A stretch of DNA of 64,000 bases from Mobula hypostoma. Lineage: Eukaryota. Every line of letters begins with the position of its first letter. Position 1 is the stretch's first letter. The position numbers were made by a program, and so were the translations under genes. The DNA lies in the NCBI RefSeq assembly GCF_963921235.1, contig NC_086108.1, positions 11,160,001 to 11,224,000 of the forward strand. The letters are read 5' to 3'. Shown here piece after piece: positions 11,840 to 23,829 of this stretch. Under the pieces are notes generated by a model. The model saw only the letters and a list, made by a program, of their open reading frames with translations. It was not told where the DNA came from and searched no databases.

Positions 11840-13665
11840 CTGCATTCTTACATTCATAGTCACCCTAATGGTATCTTCATTGTCGCTGGGGATTGTAACC
11901 ATGTGATCTCAAAACAGTCCTACCTAATTTCCACCAGCAGGTTGATTTTGGTACCAGAGGTGAAAACACACTCAACCAGGTTTATACTGACTAGCAGGTG
12001 TCCTGGGCCTGACATTGAGCTCTCTGATCACTTTCCTCTTATGCTAGTTCCAACAAACACAAATCACTGATCAAAAGGGTCGAACCAGCTGTAAAGGTGG
12101 TGAAAACCTGGCCTGAGTTGGCAACCACAGCATTTGAAAACACAAGCTGAGGTATGCTCAGAGAGTCCGCTACCTATGGCGACTGTGTAAACATTGAGGA
12201 ATATGGGGATTCTGTGCCCAGCTACGCACAGAAATGTACTGAGGATATGGGGGCAGATCAGAAGCCTCAGCTTACTGCCGAGGTCTGTGCACAGCTGAGG
12301 GATCGTGATGCTGCCTTTAGATCGGGAAATATGACAGCTCTCGAGGAAGCAAGAACTGTGTTTTCCCGCTCCATCAGGAAGGCTAAACTGGAGCATTCTC
12401 GGAGAATGTACAACCACTTCTGCACTACCAGAGACTCGAGGTGCATGTGGCAGGGAATTCAGAGGATTATGGACTACAAATGAACCCTGCGTGTCGGTGA
12501 CCAGGATGCCTCACTCTCCTACAGATGAAAGTCTTCTACATCCAGTTTGATGCTAGAATGAAGCGCTGGCGAGGAAGGCACCCCTCCCCCGGGGAACAGA
12601 CATTTTGTCTGGCTGAAGCTGAGGTGAGAAAGACCTTGGCCAAAGTCAACCGACACAAAGCTGCAGGGCCTGATAATATACCAGGAAAAGTTCTGAAAGA
12701 CTGTGCAGCCCAGCTGACAGAGGTGCTGACAGATATATTCAACATCTCCCTGAAACAATCCATTGTCCCCTTGGTTTTCAGGGTGGCAACCATTATTCCA
12801 GTGTCGAAGAAAACAACAGTAGCCTGCCTAAATGACTATCGTCCAGTGACATTAGCAAATGACACATCAGTGGTTGGCCTCATCAACGACGAGGATGTGG
12901 ACTGGTGTGGGAACAATGATCTAAGTCTCATTGTGGAGAAGACCAAGGGAATCATTATGGACTCAGGAAGGTGCAGACGAACCGTCCCCCTTTAAGTGCA
13001 CCAAGTTGCATGGGAGTTCTCATCATGGAAGACTCACCCCGACATCACCTCCCCAGTAGTACCTCCACTTCCCGAGGAGATTGAGGCAAACGAGTCTCCC
13101 CACCACCCCCCCAAACAACGCATCTTGTCTGAATTTTACAGGAGCACCACTGAGACGGTCCTGACACGCTGCATCTCCATCTGGTGTGGGAGCTGCCGAG
13201 CATCAGACCAGAAGTCCCTATGAAGGACGAGAAGATCATCGGGGTCTCCCTACTATCCATCAGGGACATTTATCAGGAGTGCTCATATGCAGGGCTCTTA
13301 GTATAATCAAAGATCCCACCCATCCATCCAGCATCCTCTTTGACTTTCTACCATCAGACAGGAAACTCCGATGCATAAAGACAAGAACGGTCAGAATGGG
13401 AAACAGCTTCTTCCCACAGGCCACTAGGCTTTTGAACTCCCTGCCACATCACATTCAAAATGTCACAGGATAATTTGTACTGTACCCTGCAATATTTAAC
13501 TTGTGCACTTTACTTTGTTTATCTCTGCATAATTCTTACTTTCCTAAGTTACTGTGTGTTATATGTGTGTTCTGTGTAGTACTGTGCTTTACACCGTGGT
13601 CGGGAGAAACTATGTCTCGCTTGGTGGTATACGTGTATATAGTTAGGTCACAATAAACTTGACTT
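11840..13665 (+). mobile_element. Rex1/Babar LINE, decayed, with internal deletion of the RT core
   Basis: KAAGPDNIPGKVLKDCAAQL..V.TDIFNISL...CLNDYRPVTL joins directly to ANDTSVVGLI (YADD region); 3' RMGNSFFPQA; 'aataaacttgacttga' tail. Confidence 0.85.
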
Positions 13666-14089
13666 GAAGGCTTTCTAGACTCTGCTGTACATTCATACAC
13701 ATCTATAAGATTCCTGCCACTCGCATGTCCCCTGGCCTAGTTCACAACTACAATAGTTGAGGGGTTTCCTCATCTAACACCCCCCACCCCAGTCACAGAA
13801 GAACCCTATACTGTGGTCCTTCCTCACCGAGCCCTTGCGTACAGGCTCGTTGTCATAACATTCTTCAGAACTTGTCTTCAGTTTGAGTTTGAGCTCTGAT
13901 GGATTCCGGCTGGTCAGCTGTGGTAGACTGGTGGTCCATGATGGTCAGGGCCACAGGTTTCTCACTCAGGGAAAAGCGTGTCACCATGACTGTGCTGTCC
14001 CATCACTGTGATGCAAAGACCAGCAATTAAATTCCACTTGTTACTGCACCACCTGACACTCACACAGTGCCACCTCTCCGAAAGTATAA

Positions 14090-14596
14090 CACTCCCTCAG
14101 TACTGTCCTTCTGAACTTGGGGTGCTCCCTCAGTACTGTCCCTCTGAACCTGGGATGCTCCCTCAGTACTATCCCACTGAATTTGGGATTCTCCCTCATC
14201 ATTGTCCCTCTAAAGATGATATACTCCTTCAGTACTGTCACTTTGAACTTGGGATGCTCCCTCAGTACTGTCCCATTGAACTTGGGGTGCTCCCTCAGTA
14301 CTGTCACATTGAACTTGGGGTGCTCCCTCAGTACTGTCCCTCTGAACTTGTGGTTCTCCTTCAGTACTGTCCCTCTGAACCAGGGATGCTCCCTCAGTTC
14401 TGTCCCTCTGAACCTGGGATGCTCCCTCAGTACTATCCCACTGAATTTGGGATTCTCCCTCATCATTGTCCCTCTAAAGATTATATACTCCTTCAGTACT
14501 GTCCTTTTGAAATTGGGATGCTCCCTCAGTACTGTCCCACTGAGTTTGGGATGCTCCCTCATCATTGTCCCTCTAAAGATGGTATACTCCCTCAGT
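14090..14596. repeat. 33-bp minisatellite (~15 copies), unit approximately CTCCCTCAGTACTGTCCCTCTGAACTTGGGATG
   Basis: Direct reading; the variant 'tactatccca' recurs at 14167 and 14431 (264 bp = 8 units). Confidence 0.95.
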
Positions 14597-14599
14597 TTG

Positions 14600-14960
14600 T
14601 TTGTTCATTATGTTCTGTGTCGTAAGACCAAGACCATGATTGTTCTTGGCAAATTTTTCTACAGAAGTGGTTTGCCATTGCCTTAGTCTGGGCAGTGTCT
14701 TTACAAGACGGGTGACTCCAGCCATTATCAATACTCTTCAGAGATTGTCTGCCTGGCGTCAGTGGTCACATAACCAGCAATTGTGATATGCACCAGCTGC
14801 TCATACAACTTTCTCCCATGTGTTCACGCGACCCTGATCCGGGGGAGGGGGCGGGGGCTAAGCAGGTGTCTCACCTCGCCCAAGGGTGACCTGCAGACTA
14901 GCGGAGGGAAGGAGAGCCTTACACCTCCTTTGGTAGAGACGTATCTTCACCCTGCCACCC
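14600..14960 (-). mobile_element. RTE-tailed non-autonomous element (same family as 4980-5570)
   Basis: Colinear with 4990-5570 ('ccagccattatcaatactcttcagaga...cacctcctttggtagaga'). Confidence 0.7.
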
Positions 14961-15739
14961 ACCACTCTGTCTACGCCTCTCATAATGTTATAAATCTCAA
15001 TCACATCTCCCCTCTGCCTCCGCTGCTCCTGAGGAAACATCACAGGGTTGTAGCCCACACGATCAGAAAAAGCCCCTGGGACTTATGTTCAGCAAGTGAC
15101 TGAGGCAGTGCTTCCTTCTCTGGAGGGAGAAACATTAAAATCTCTCGCTCCCATCGCTTTAGGAACATCAATTACACTCCAGTTTCCAATGCCAACATAT
15201 CCCAGGAAAGGCTAAAGATTTCCCAACTATCAGTGTTTCACTCTGGCCTTGAAAGGGTTAACAAGGACTGGAACCAGATCGAGGCAACAGTGAATTGTCA
15301 GTCTGAGAAAGCCAATTGTGCTTCTAAACTGAATTATAAGTTAACTCCGCTGGGACAGAAAAATACCTGGACATTTCTCGACCTCATCACAAGCACAGCT
15401 ACAGGAGAAGTTGATTCGCTCCCAGGAGACCTGAGGCAATCGCTTTTGCCTGTCTTCCCTGACAAGCTCTGATATGAAGAAGGGCAGGACACGTCTCATC
15501 CCAGTTAGGACTCTGAGTGATTCTGGATCCTGCTTTTTCTTATTAGCTGTGCTGCGGGTTATGTCTGCAGCCGGGGTGACGTTCAGAGAGCAGTGGAGAT
15601 CACCCACATCCCAACACCCACTGGTTCCTGAACCTTCAGTCTGGGCACAGGAGCCACTCCACACACCTCATTCTCACAATTCCCTCTGTACCACCCCTCC
15701 CACAATATGGCTATCCCTCACTGTCTGTCTCTCCCCCAG

Positions 15740-16175
15740 TACCAAAACTACTAAAGTTTATTTACACAAACATGCACAGAATACAAAGCATCAAGTATTT
15801 CCAAGACAGTAAATAAATTCAAATTAAGCTATGAGTACTACTGTTGATAAAACAGTCAATTCCCTGGTGGGCCCACCTCTCCCGGTAGCTCCCCACTGTA
15901 CCCATCGTGATCGCGTGCTCCCTCTCCAAGGACAGCCGGGCATGAACATATCCTCAGAAAAGAGGCAGGCAGTCAGCCTGGGCAGAGCCCTCGACTGTCT
16001 GCTGTCTAGACAGTGAATGGCAATCTTGGCCAGGCCCGGCACCAAGCCCACCAGCAGATCTTCCGAGTGACCCATTTTACCTCCTCTGTACTGGGTGCCG
16101 TATATGAGGAGCATATGAGGAGTATCTTTCAGATACTCAAACAAGGGCTGCAACCTCTCACACTCCAGATAACTG
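15740..16175 (-). mobile_element. Tx1-clade LINE 3' end
   Basis: ECERLQPLFEYLK...LLIYG...DLLVGL..GLAKIAIH; homologous to 41850-42320. Confidence 0.8.
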
Positions 16176-16574
16176 GCCACAGAATGGACAAGAGGACGGG
16201 TGGTTAGTGAACTGACTTTAAAAACCTGTTGTCAGTACCACCCCTCCCTCAGTACTACCTCTCCTGGAAGGTACCCCTCCCTCAGTACTGCCCCCTCCCA
16301 CAATATGACCCTCCCTCAGTACTGTCCCTCCTTTCTTTGTCCAGTGTGTCCAACCTTTCCTATCCCAGTGTCGGTTTGTATACCCCCCTCTCTGTCCCCC
16401 TGCAGGTCTCCGGATTTGGCCCTTAGCCAGTGCTGGTCTCTGGATCCGGCCCTGAACCAAGGGTTGAATCGTGTACACTCCCAGTACTTGCTTTTGAGAT
16501 AATTTGTTCAGTGACTACAGCAACAAAATGTCTTTGGGTGACACACCAACCCTCCTCGAACATGAAATGAAATA

Positions 16575-17060
16575 TAGTGACTGGTGTTCCTTCTTCATGA
16601 TGGCATAAATACGTTGGGGAGCACAAAGAGATCCCCTGAGATGTCGACATCCAGCAACTTGAAGATGCTCACCCTTTCCACTGCTAATCCCTTGATGAGG
16701 ACTTGCGTGTATTCTGTTGATTTCCCCTTCCTGAAGTCCACAATCAATTCCTTGGTCTTAGTAATGTTCAGTGCAAGGTTGTTGTTGTGAGGCCACTCAA
16801 CCAACTGATCTTTCTTGCTCTTGCACGTCTCCCTGCCACCATCGGAGATTCTGCCAGCAAAAGTGATGTAATTGGCAAATTTATAGGTGGTGTTTGAGCT
16901 GTGCCTAGCCACTCAGGCATGGGGGTAGAGAGACTAGCAAGGTGGGCTAGCAAGCATTCTTGAGATGTGTCTGTGTTGACTGTCACTGAGGAAGGGCTGT
17001 TATTACCGACCTGCTCTGACTGGTGTCCCGATGAGGAAGTCCAGGATCCAGCTGCAGAGG
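16575..17060 (-). mobile_element. Rex1/Babar LINE RT fragment
   Basis: YKFANY..F.GRISDG...LVEW..NNNLALNITKTKELIVDFRK. Confidence 0.85.
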
Positions 17061-17109
17061 GAGATACAAAGGCCCAGTTTGCTTTGAACTTCTCTAAATT
17101 GTCATCACT

Positions 17110-18690
17110 GCTTACAATGTCACCCAGCTTCTCAGTGAACTTCAAAGTATATTTATTATCAAAATACATACATGTCACCATGAGATTCATTTTCTTGCCA
17201 GCATACTGAATAAACTTATTGAATAACAACCATAACAGAATCAATGAAAAACCGCCCAATATGGGTGTTTAACCAGTGTGCAAAAGACAACAAACTGCAA
17301 ATACAAAACAAAGAAACAATAATAATAAATAAATGAACACTAAATATCAAGAACATGAGATGAAGAGTCCTTGAAAGTGAGTCCATTGGTTATGGAAACA
17401 TTTCAATGATGGGGCAAGTGAAGTTGAGTGAAGTTATACAGTCATAGAGTTATAGAAACATAGAAACATAGAAAATAGGTGCAGGAGTAGGCCATTCGGC
17501 CCTTCGAGCCTGCACCGCCATTTATTATGATCATGGCTGATCATCCTACTCAGAAGCCAGCCTTCCCTCCATACCCCCTGACCCCTGTAGCCACAAGGGC
17601 CATATCTAACTTCCTTTTAAACATAGCTAATGAACTGGCCTCAACAGTTTGCTGTGGCAGAGAATTCCACAGATTCACCACTCTCTGTGTGAAGAAGTTT
17701 TTCCTAACCTCGGTCCTAAAAGGCTTCCCCTCTATCCTCAAACTGTGACCCCTCGTTCTAGACCTCCCCAACATCGGGAACAATCTTCCCGCATCTAGCC
17801 TGTCCAATCCCTTTAGGATCTTATACGTTTCAATCAGATCCCCCCTCAATCTTCTAAATTCCAACGAGTACAAGCCCAGTTCATCCAGTCTTTCTTCATA
17901 TGAAAGTCCTGCCATCCCAGGAATCAATCTGGTGAACCTTCTTTGTACTCCCTCTATGGCAAAGATGTCTTTCCTCAGATTAGGGGACCAAAACTGCACA
18001 CAATACTCCAGGTGTGGTCTCACCAAGGCCATCCAGTCTGTACTGAGCCATTTAAACTGCTTACTCCCATTAATCTGCACCAGGACCATCGCCTGCCATA
18101 CCCCTACCACCCATATCCCTTTTTGTTCAAATGCCTGATGATTGTTCCTGAACCTGGTGGTGTGAGTCCTGAGGCCTCTGTAGCTGCTACCTGATGTTAT
18201 CAATGAGAAGTGATCGTGTCCCGGGTGGTAGGGGCAGGGCATGCTTACTGATGATGGATGCTGCTTTCTTGCGACACTGTTTCATGTAGATGTGTTCAAT
18301 GGTCGGCAGGAATTTACCCACGATTTACTGGGCCGAATCCACTACTTGTTGTGTGTTGCTTGAATTTCCAGCATCTGCAGAATTCCTGTTGTTTGCGTTT
18401 AAATCCACTACTTGTTGTGTGACTTTCCATTCAAGGGCAGCGTTTCCATACATGCTGTGTTGCAGCCAGTCTCCACTGCACATCTATAGAAGTTAGTTAA
18501 TGTTTTAGATGCCATACCAAATATCTGCAAACTCCTGAGGAAGTAGATGCACTGCCTTCTTTCTTCACAATTGCTTTTACGTGTTGGGCCCAGAACAAGT
18601 CCTCGGAAATAGTAACACCCAGGAATTTGATGTTGCTAATCCTCTCCACTTCTGATCCTCCAATGAGGACTGGCTCATGGACCTCCGGTT
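17110..18690 (-). mobile_element. Rex1/Babar 3' region interrupted by nested CR1 insertions (17440-18118)
   Basis: Rex1 3'UTR at 17110-17440 continues at ~18118 into the ORF end (RGLRTHTTRFRN). Confidence 0.7.
17452..18030 (-). mobile_element. Young CR1 LINE 3' end
   Basis: Uninterrupted ALVRPHLEYCVQFWSP...RRLRGDLIETYKIL...FFTQRVVNLWNSLP; (TTTCTATG)n tail; near identical to 38400-38985. Confidence 0.95.
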
Positions 18691-19129
18691 TCCTTCTCCT
18701 GCACGGAATATATTCAATCCCCTCATCTACATCTCACTGATGCAGACTGGAATGGCTGGGAATCGCACTCGGATCCCTGCATTTCCTCCCTGTCTGAACA
18801 TATCATGTTCATTCCTTACAAAGCGAGGGAGAAACTCAGCAGGACAGGCAACATCTATGGAGAGAAATACACAGTTTTGCACTAAGACCTTTCATCTGGA
18901 TTTACGGAGGTTATGGAGGACCATGGATTAAGACAGATTACCTGAGGGTCCGCATTCCCTCAGTACTTCAGTGAGAAGCCATTGTGCAATTGGCAGTATT
19001 CTGGTGTGTGACCTGATTTATCAGCCCCACGCTCAAGGAAACCAAGCGGCTGATGAGTTTGGGACCAACCACGAGCACAGCTCAACCTGGGAGTAGCGAA
19101 TAGAGGGAATGATCACAACGTTGTCACTG

Positions 19130-19875
19130 AGTCACAAAGTTATGCATGCTACAGGCCCCTCAGGCCATCTAGTACATTGCTAATTATTACTCTGCCTATT
19201 CCAATCAACCTGCACCAAGACCATCGCCTTCCATATCCCTCTCACCTACGTACTATCCACACTTACCTTAAACATTGAAATCAAACCTGCATCCAACGCT
19301 GATGCTGGCAGCTCGTTCCCCAATCTCACCACCCTCTGAGTGAGGAATCTTCCCCACATGTTTCCCTTTAAACTTTTCACCTTTCACCCCTAACCCATGA
19401 CCTCTGGTTCTAGTCCCACCCAAACTCAGTGGAAAAAACCTGCTTGCATTTGCCCTATCTACATCCCTCATAATTTTGTATACCTCGATCAAATCTCCCC
19501 TCATTCGCCTGCACTCTAGGAATAAAGTCCTAACCTATTCAGCCTTTCCCTACAACTAAGGTCCTCAAGCCCCGGCCACAGCCTTGTAAATTTTCTCTAT
19601 AAGCTTTCAAACTTATTTACATCTTTCCTGTAGGTAGTTGACCAGAACTACACACAATACTCCAAATTAGGCCTCACCAACTTTCAATACAGCTTCAACA
19701 TAACATCCCAACTCCTATAGTCAATACTTTGATTTATGGAGGCCAACGTGCATGTATTATGGACCTGTATTCCCAGATCCCTTTGTTCTACTGCACTCCT
19801 CAGCGTCCCCACCATTCACTGTGTAAGTCCTCCCCTAAAGTGCAACACCCAGCACTTGTCAGCATTGAATTCCAT
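19130..19875 (-). mobile_element. CR1 LINE 3' fragment
   Basis: MRGDLIEVYKIMR motif (ORF 19268-19504). Confidence 0.85.
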
Positions 19876-20229
19876 GTAAAATGAATACTATGGTGTCTGA
19901 ACTCAAACGCAAGACGAGAGGTACAGTGAAAATTTACAAGTATGTTGCTGGGTCTGGAGGACCAGAGTAATATAGAAAGATTGAATAAGTTAGGACTTTA
20001 TTCATTGAACGTAGAAGATTGAGAGGAGATTTGATAGAGGTATACAAAATTATGAGGGGTATAGATAGGGTAAATGCAACAGACTTTTTCCGTTGAGGTT
20101 GGGTGGGACTACAACTAGAGATCGTGGGTTAAGGGTCACGCTTGGCTGCATTAAATTCCACAAAAAGACAATCACTGCATTGCCTGAACTCAAATGTGAG
20201 ATGAGAGGTCAGTCTAGCCAATTGGCTTT

Positions 20230-21360
20230 AACTATGTAGGGCAATGAGGACTATGGTGGAACAAAGGGGTCTGGGAATACTAGTCCGTAATTCATTGACA
20301 GTCATGTCACAGATAGATAGGGTCATGAAGGAAGTTGTTAGCATGTTGACCTTCATAAATCCAAGCACTGAGTACAGGAAACACGAACAAAATGATGGAG
20401 GAACTCAGCAGGCCAGGCGGCATCTATGGAAAAGAGTACAGTCGACGTTTCAGGCCAAGACCCTACTCCAGCATTTTGTGCGTGTTGCTTGGATTTCCAT
20501 CATCTGCAGATTTTCTCCTGTTTGTTATAGGACTACTACACTATGAAGTCTCTTTCAGGGATCTCCACCCTGAAGAAGTTTAAATCTTCCCTTCAGTCCT
20601 GATGAAGGGTCATGGCCTGAAACATTGATTATACTCTCCTCCATAATGCTCCCTGGCCTGCTGAGTTCCTGCAGCATTTTGTGTGTGTTGCTTGGATTTC
20701 TTTTATTTGGTAATGAGTACAGGAGGGGGAATGTTCTGCTGAAGTTGTGTAAGAGATTGGTAAGGTCTAACAGAGTATTCTGTGCAGTTTTGGTCACCTA
20801 TCTGCAAGAAAGATATAAATCAGTTTGAAGGAATACAGAAAAAATTTACAAGGATGTTGCCGGGTCTGGAGGACCTGAGTTATAAAGATAGATCAAGTAG
20901 GTTAGAATTAGATTGAATAGGAAAAATTGAACATGATTGAACTGTATTCTTCAGAATGTAGAAAAATTGAGGGGAGGTTTGATAGAGGTACACAAAATTA
21001 TGATGGGGTATAGACAGGGTAAATGTAGGCAGGCTTCTTCTGCCGAGGTTGGGTGGGACTACAACTAGAGGTCATGGGTTAAGGGTGAAAGGTGAAAAGT
21101 TCAAGGAAACATGAGGGGAAACATCTTCAGTCAGAGGGTGATGAGAGTGTGAACTAACTGCCAGTAGAAGTGGGGCATGCCAGCTCGATTTCAACATTTA
21201 GGAGAAGTTTGGATAGATACATGGATGGTAGAGGTATGGAGGGCAATAGTCTTGCTGCAAGTCCAATGGAGTAGTCAGTTTAACTGGTTCAGCATGGATT
21301 AGATGGGTTGAATGGCCTTTTCTGTGCTGTATTTTTCTATGACTATGAATCTATGATTCC
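20230..21360 (+). mobile_element. CR1 LINE 3' part with PLE pLTR insertions at ~20380-20700
   Basis: CR1 RT C-terminal motifs on either side of pLTR blocks; one block carries CTGATGA...GAAAC at 20599-20623. Confidence 0.75.
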
Positions 21361-21879
21361 AGGACTCTATGAACTGGCTGCCTATATTTTGGGATCCTGC
21401 CATGCAGTGGAGCACATCTGGATGTTGTAGAACTGAAGGCAGAGGGATTGAGTGATCTGGACAGAGGGTGGAAGCGGAGGGAGTAGTGAGCTGGAGAGAG
21501 GGTGGGGTAAGAGGGAGTAGAGACAACTTCCCTCTGAGATGGCAGAAGCCGGGGAAGTGTGGAGAGCCTGTGGAGCGGATGCAGGCTTTAAATTTTATTC
21601 CACGGTAGATGAGTTAGATTAGTACAAATTGTCAGGTCACTTCATTTTCGAAAGGAACTGGAGATGTAATAAGGTGGTAAATGACAGGAAATAGATGGGA
21701 TTTTGCAGTGGCTGCTAACTGTCTTTTCACATGCAAAGGTTATTAATTTGTGTGAAAAATGAGCTGCAAAAATATTCAGGCCGGGAGATTAAAAATAACC
21801 CAAGATGCAGAGAGCAGCAGAATAGAATGGTTTTGGGAATAACTTAGAAGATGTGTAGCTGGGGTGGCTGATGGCTGGG

Positions 21880-22050
21880 TTGAGTTGTTCTCCGATCTTA
21901 GCAACATACGAGCAAACGTTTCATCACCATGTGGGAAGACATCGTCAGTGCTCTGTTGATTGTGCTGTGTCCTCCGAATGCTTGGAGCTGACTGGTCGTC
22001 ATTTTGGAAACTCAATAGTGATGTAGGGAGGAAATCTAGTTGTATGATGA
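21880..22050 (-). mobile_element. Penelope-like element terminal fragment, family B
   Basis: Shares 'gacatcgtcagtg' and flanking sequence with 59030-59170 and 24750-24830; the latter lies next to a GIY-YIG remnant at 25095-25295. Confidence 0.7.
21910..21953 (-). ncRNA. Minimal type-I hammerhead ribozyme motif (PLE family B), best-preserved copy
   Basis: Minus strand reads GAGCA-CTGACGA-TGTCTTCCCACATGGTGAT-GAAAC-GTT-TGCTC: perfect 5-bp stem I (GAGCA/TGCTC), CUGACGA and GAAA boxes, palindromic AAACGTTT stem III, NUH=GUU. Confidence 0.75.
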
Positions 22051-23049
22051 AGTTCGTGCTCTTGCTTGCATGGTGGGGGTCGGGGCGGGGGGAGGTTGGT
22101 GTTTCTGCTGATGAACGTGGGGAGAAGGAGAAGGTTGATGCATTTGCTACTGCCTATGCATGGGAGGGGGCGGATTTCAGGGTTTGAGTGTTTCTATCAT
22201 TCATTCTATGGGGTTTCTTGTTTCGTGGATGTCTGTGAAGAGTAAGAACTTCAGGTCGTATACTGTATGCATACTCTGATATTAAATGTACCATTAAAAT
22301 GTACCTTTGAATCTTTGTTTCGTCACATTTTACTGAGCAGAACAGCAGAATCTGTCAATGGCAGGGAGGGCCAGTGATGCACACAGTCTGGGCTTTAATC
22401 TGTGCTTCTGAGGGAGATCAGCGGACAGACACCTTCCCGGACTTTAAGCCCGCTCTGTGCAGAATGGTCTGGATGTTGTGTGGGCAGATGTTCACATTAC
22501 CAAGCCCAGCTCCCAGATTAGTACTCGTGTGACCAGCAGACACAGGCACTAACATGGTTTCCAACTACATCAACTTGAACAGAACCATACCCTGAGCTCT
22601 CTGTATTTAATTCCGGGTCTCATTATTTTTCTTCACGCTCAATTAGTCAGGGAATGAGAACTGATTCCTGTGCAATTAGCTACTTGTTTACCACACGCTG
22701 TAAATGAGGTGATGAAATTGTTTGGCTCGGTGAGTAAGTGCCTCATTGGTCAACAGGTTGGATCCAGGGAGCCCGTTACCACCCTTGGTATCTGTCAGGA
22801 CTAGTGGGTGACGTTGACACGAGCACCCATCTCAGAGGCAGAGAGGGAGGACGAGAGGTCCCTGTGACGGTAATGCACCATTAAGCTGGGTGCCAACCGC
22901 TGTAAAACAGGACGGAGAGGAAGAAGAAGAGGACGAGAGGCAGTCACCCATCTTGAGAACTGGCCCTGTGGACTCCATGGGCTCCTCCTTTTTCCTGTCA
23001 TATCCACTGAGATTGCTGACCCAGGCCTCTCTCCCCAGTCAAATCCCCT

Positions 23050-23640
23050 AAAGACAAGGATGTAACACTGAAGCTTTATAAAGCACTGGTGAGGGAGTAT
23101 TGTGAGCAGTTTTGGGCCCCCTACTTAAGGAAGGATGTGCTGACATTGGAGAGGGTTCAAAGGAGGCTCACAAAAATGATTCCTGGATTGAAAGGCTTTT
23201 CATATGACGAGTGTTTGATGGCTCTGGGACTGTACTCACTGGAACTCAGAAGAATGAGGCTGTCCTCATTGAAACCCATTGAATGTTGAAAGGCCTCAAT
23301 AAAGTGGATGTAGAGAGGATGTTTTCTGTGGTGGGGGAGTCTAAGACCAAAGGACACAGCCTCAGAATAGAGGGAATTCCTTTTAGAATGGAGATGAGGA
23401 GGAATTTCTTTAGCCAGAGGGTGGAGAATCTGTGGAATTTGTTGCCACAGGCAGCTGTGGAGGCCAAGTCATTGGGTATATTTAAGGCAGAAGTTGATAG
23501 ATTCTTGATTAGTCAGGGCTTGAAGGGATGTGGGGAGAAGGCAGGAAATTTGGGCTGAGAGGGAAATGGATCAATGATGAAATAGTAGAGCAGACTGGAT
23601 GGGCCAAATGGCTGAATTCTGCTCCTATGTCTTCTGGTCT
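23050..23640 (+). mobile_element. CR1 LINE 3' fragment
   Basis: QFWAPYLRKDVLTLERVQRR..KMIPG; RRNFFSQRVENLWNLLP. Confidence 0.9.
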
Positions 23641-23829
23641 TTCATTTTGTCTGTTCCCTTACACCTCTCTTTTCCTCTCTCTCCCTTTGATCTTTCTAAC
23701 CTCTCTTGTATTACCTCTCCAGCCTTTCTCCCTCAGTGGCTCTATCAAATCTTGAAACTTGTCACTTCTACACTTAATTCAGCAAAGTTTGAAATGTGTT
23801 CAGTTCTGATCGACTCATAATTGGAAGGT

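Noticed and set aside
14090..14596. CRISPR-like appearance of the 33-bp, 41-bp and 27-bp arrays
   Set aside because: Units are contiguous tandem copies without unique spacers; eukaryotic context and no cas genes.
14008..14686. Long ORFs (205/174/189 aa) with PQYCPSELG repeats
   Set aside because: Product of a 33-bp minisatellite that is open on both strands; no non-repeat coding evidence.
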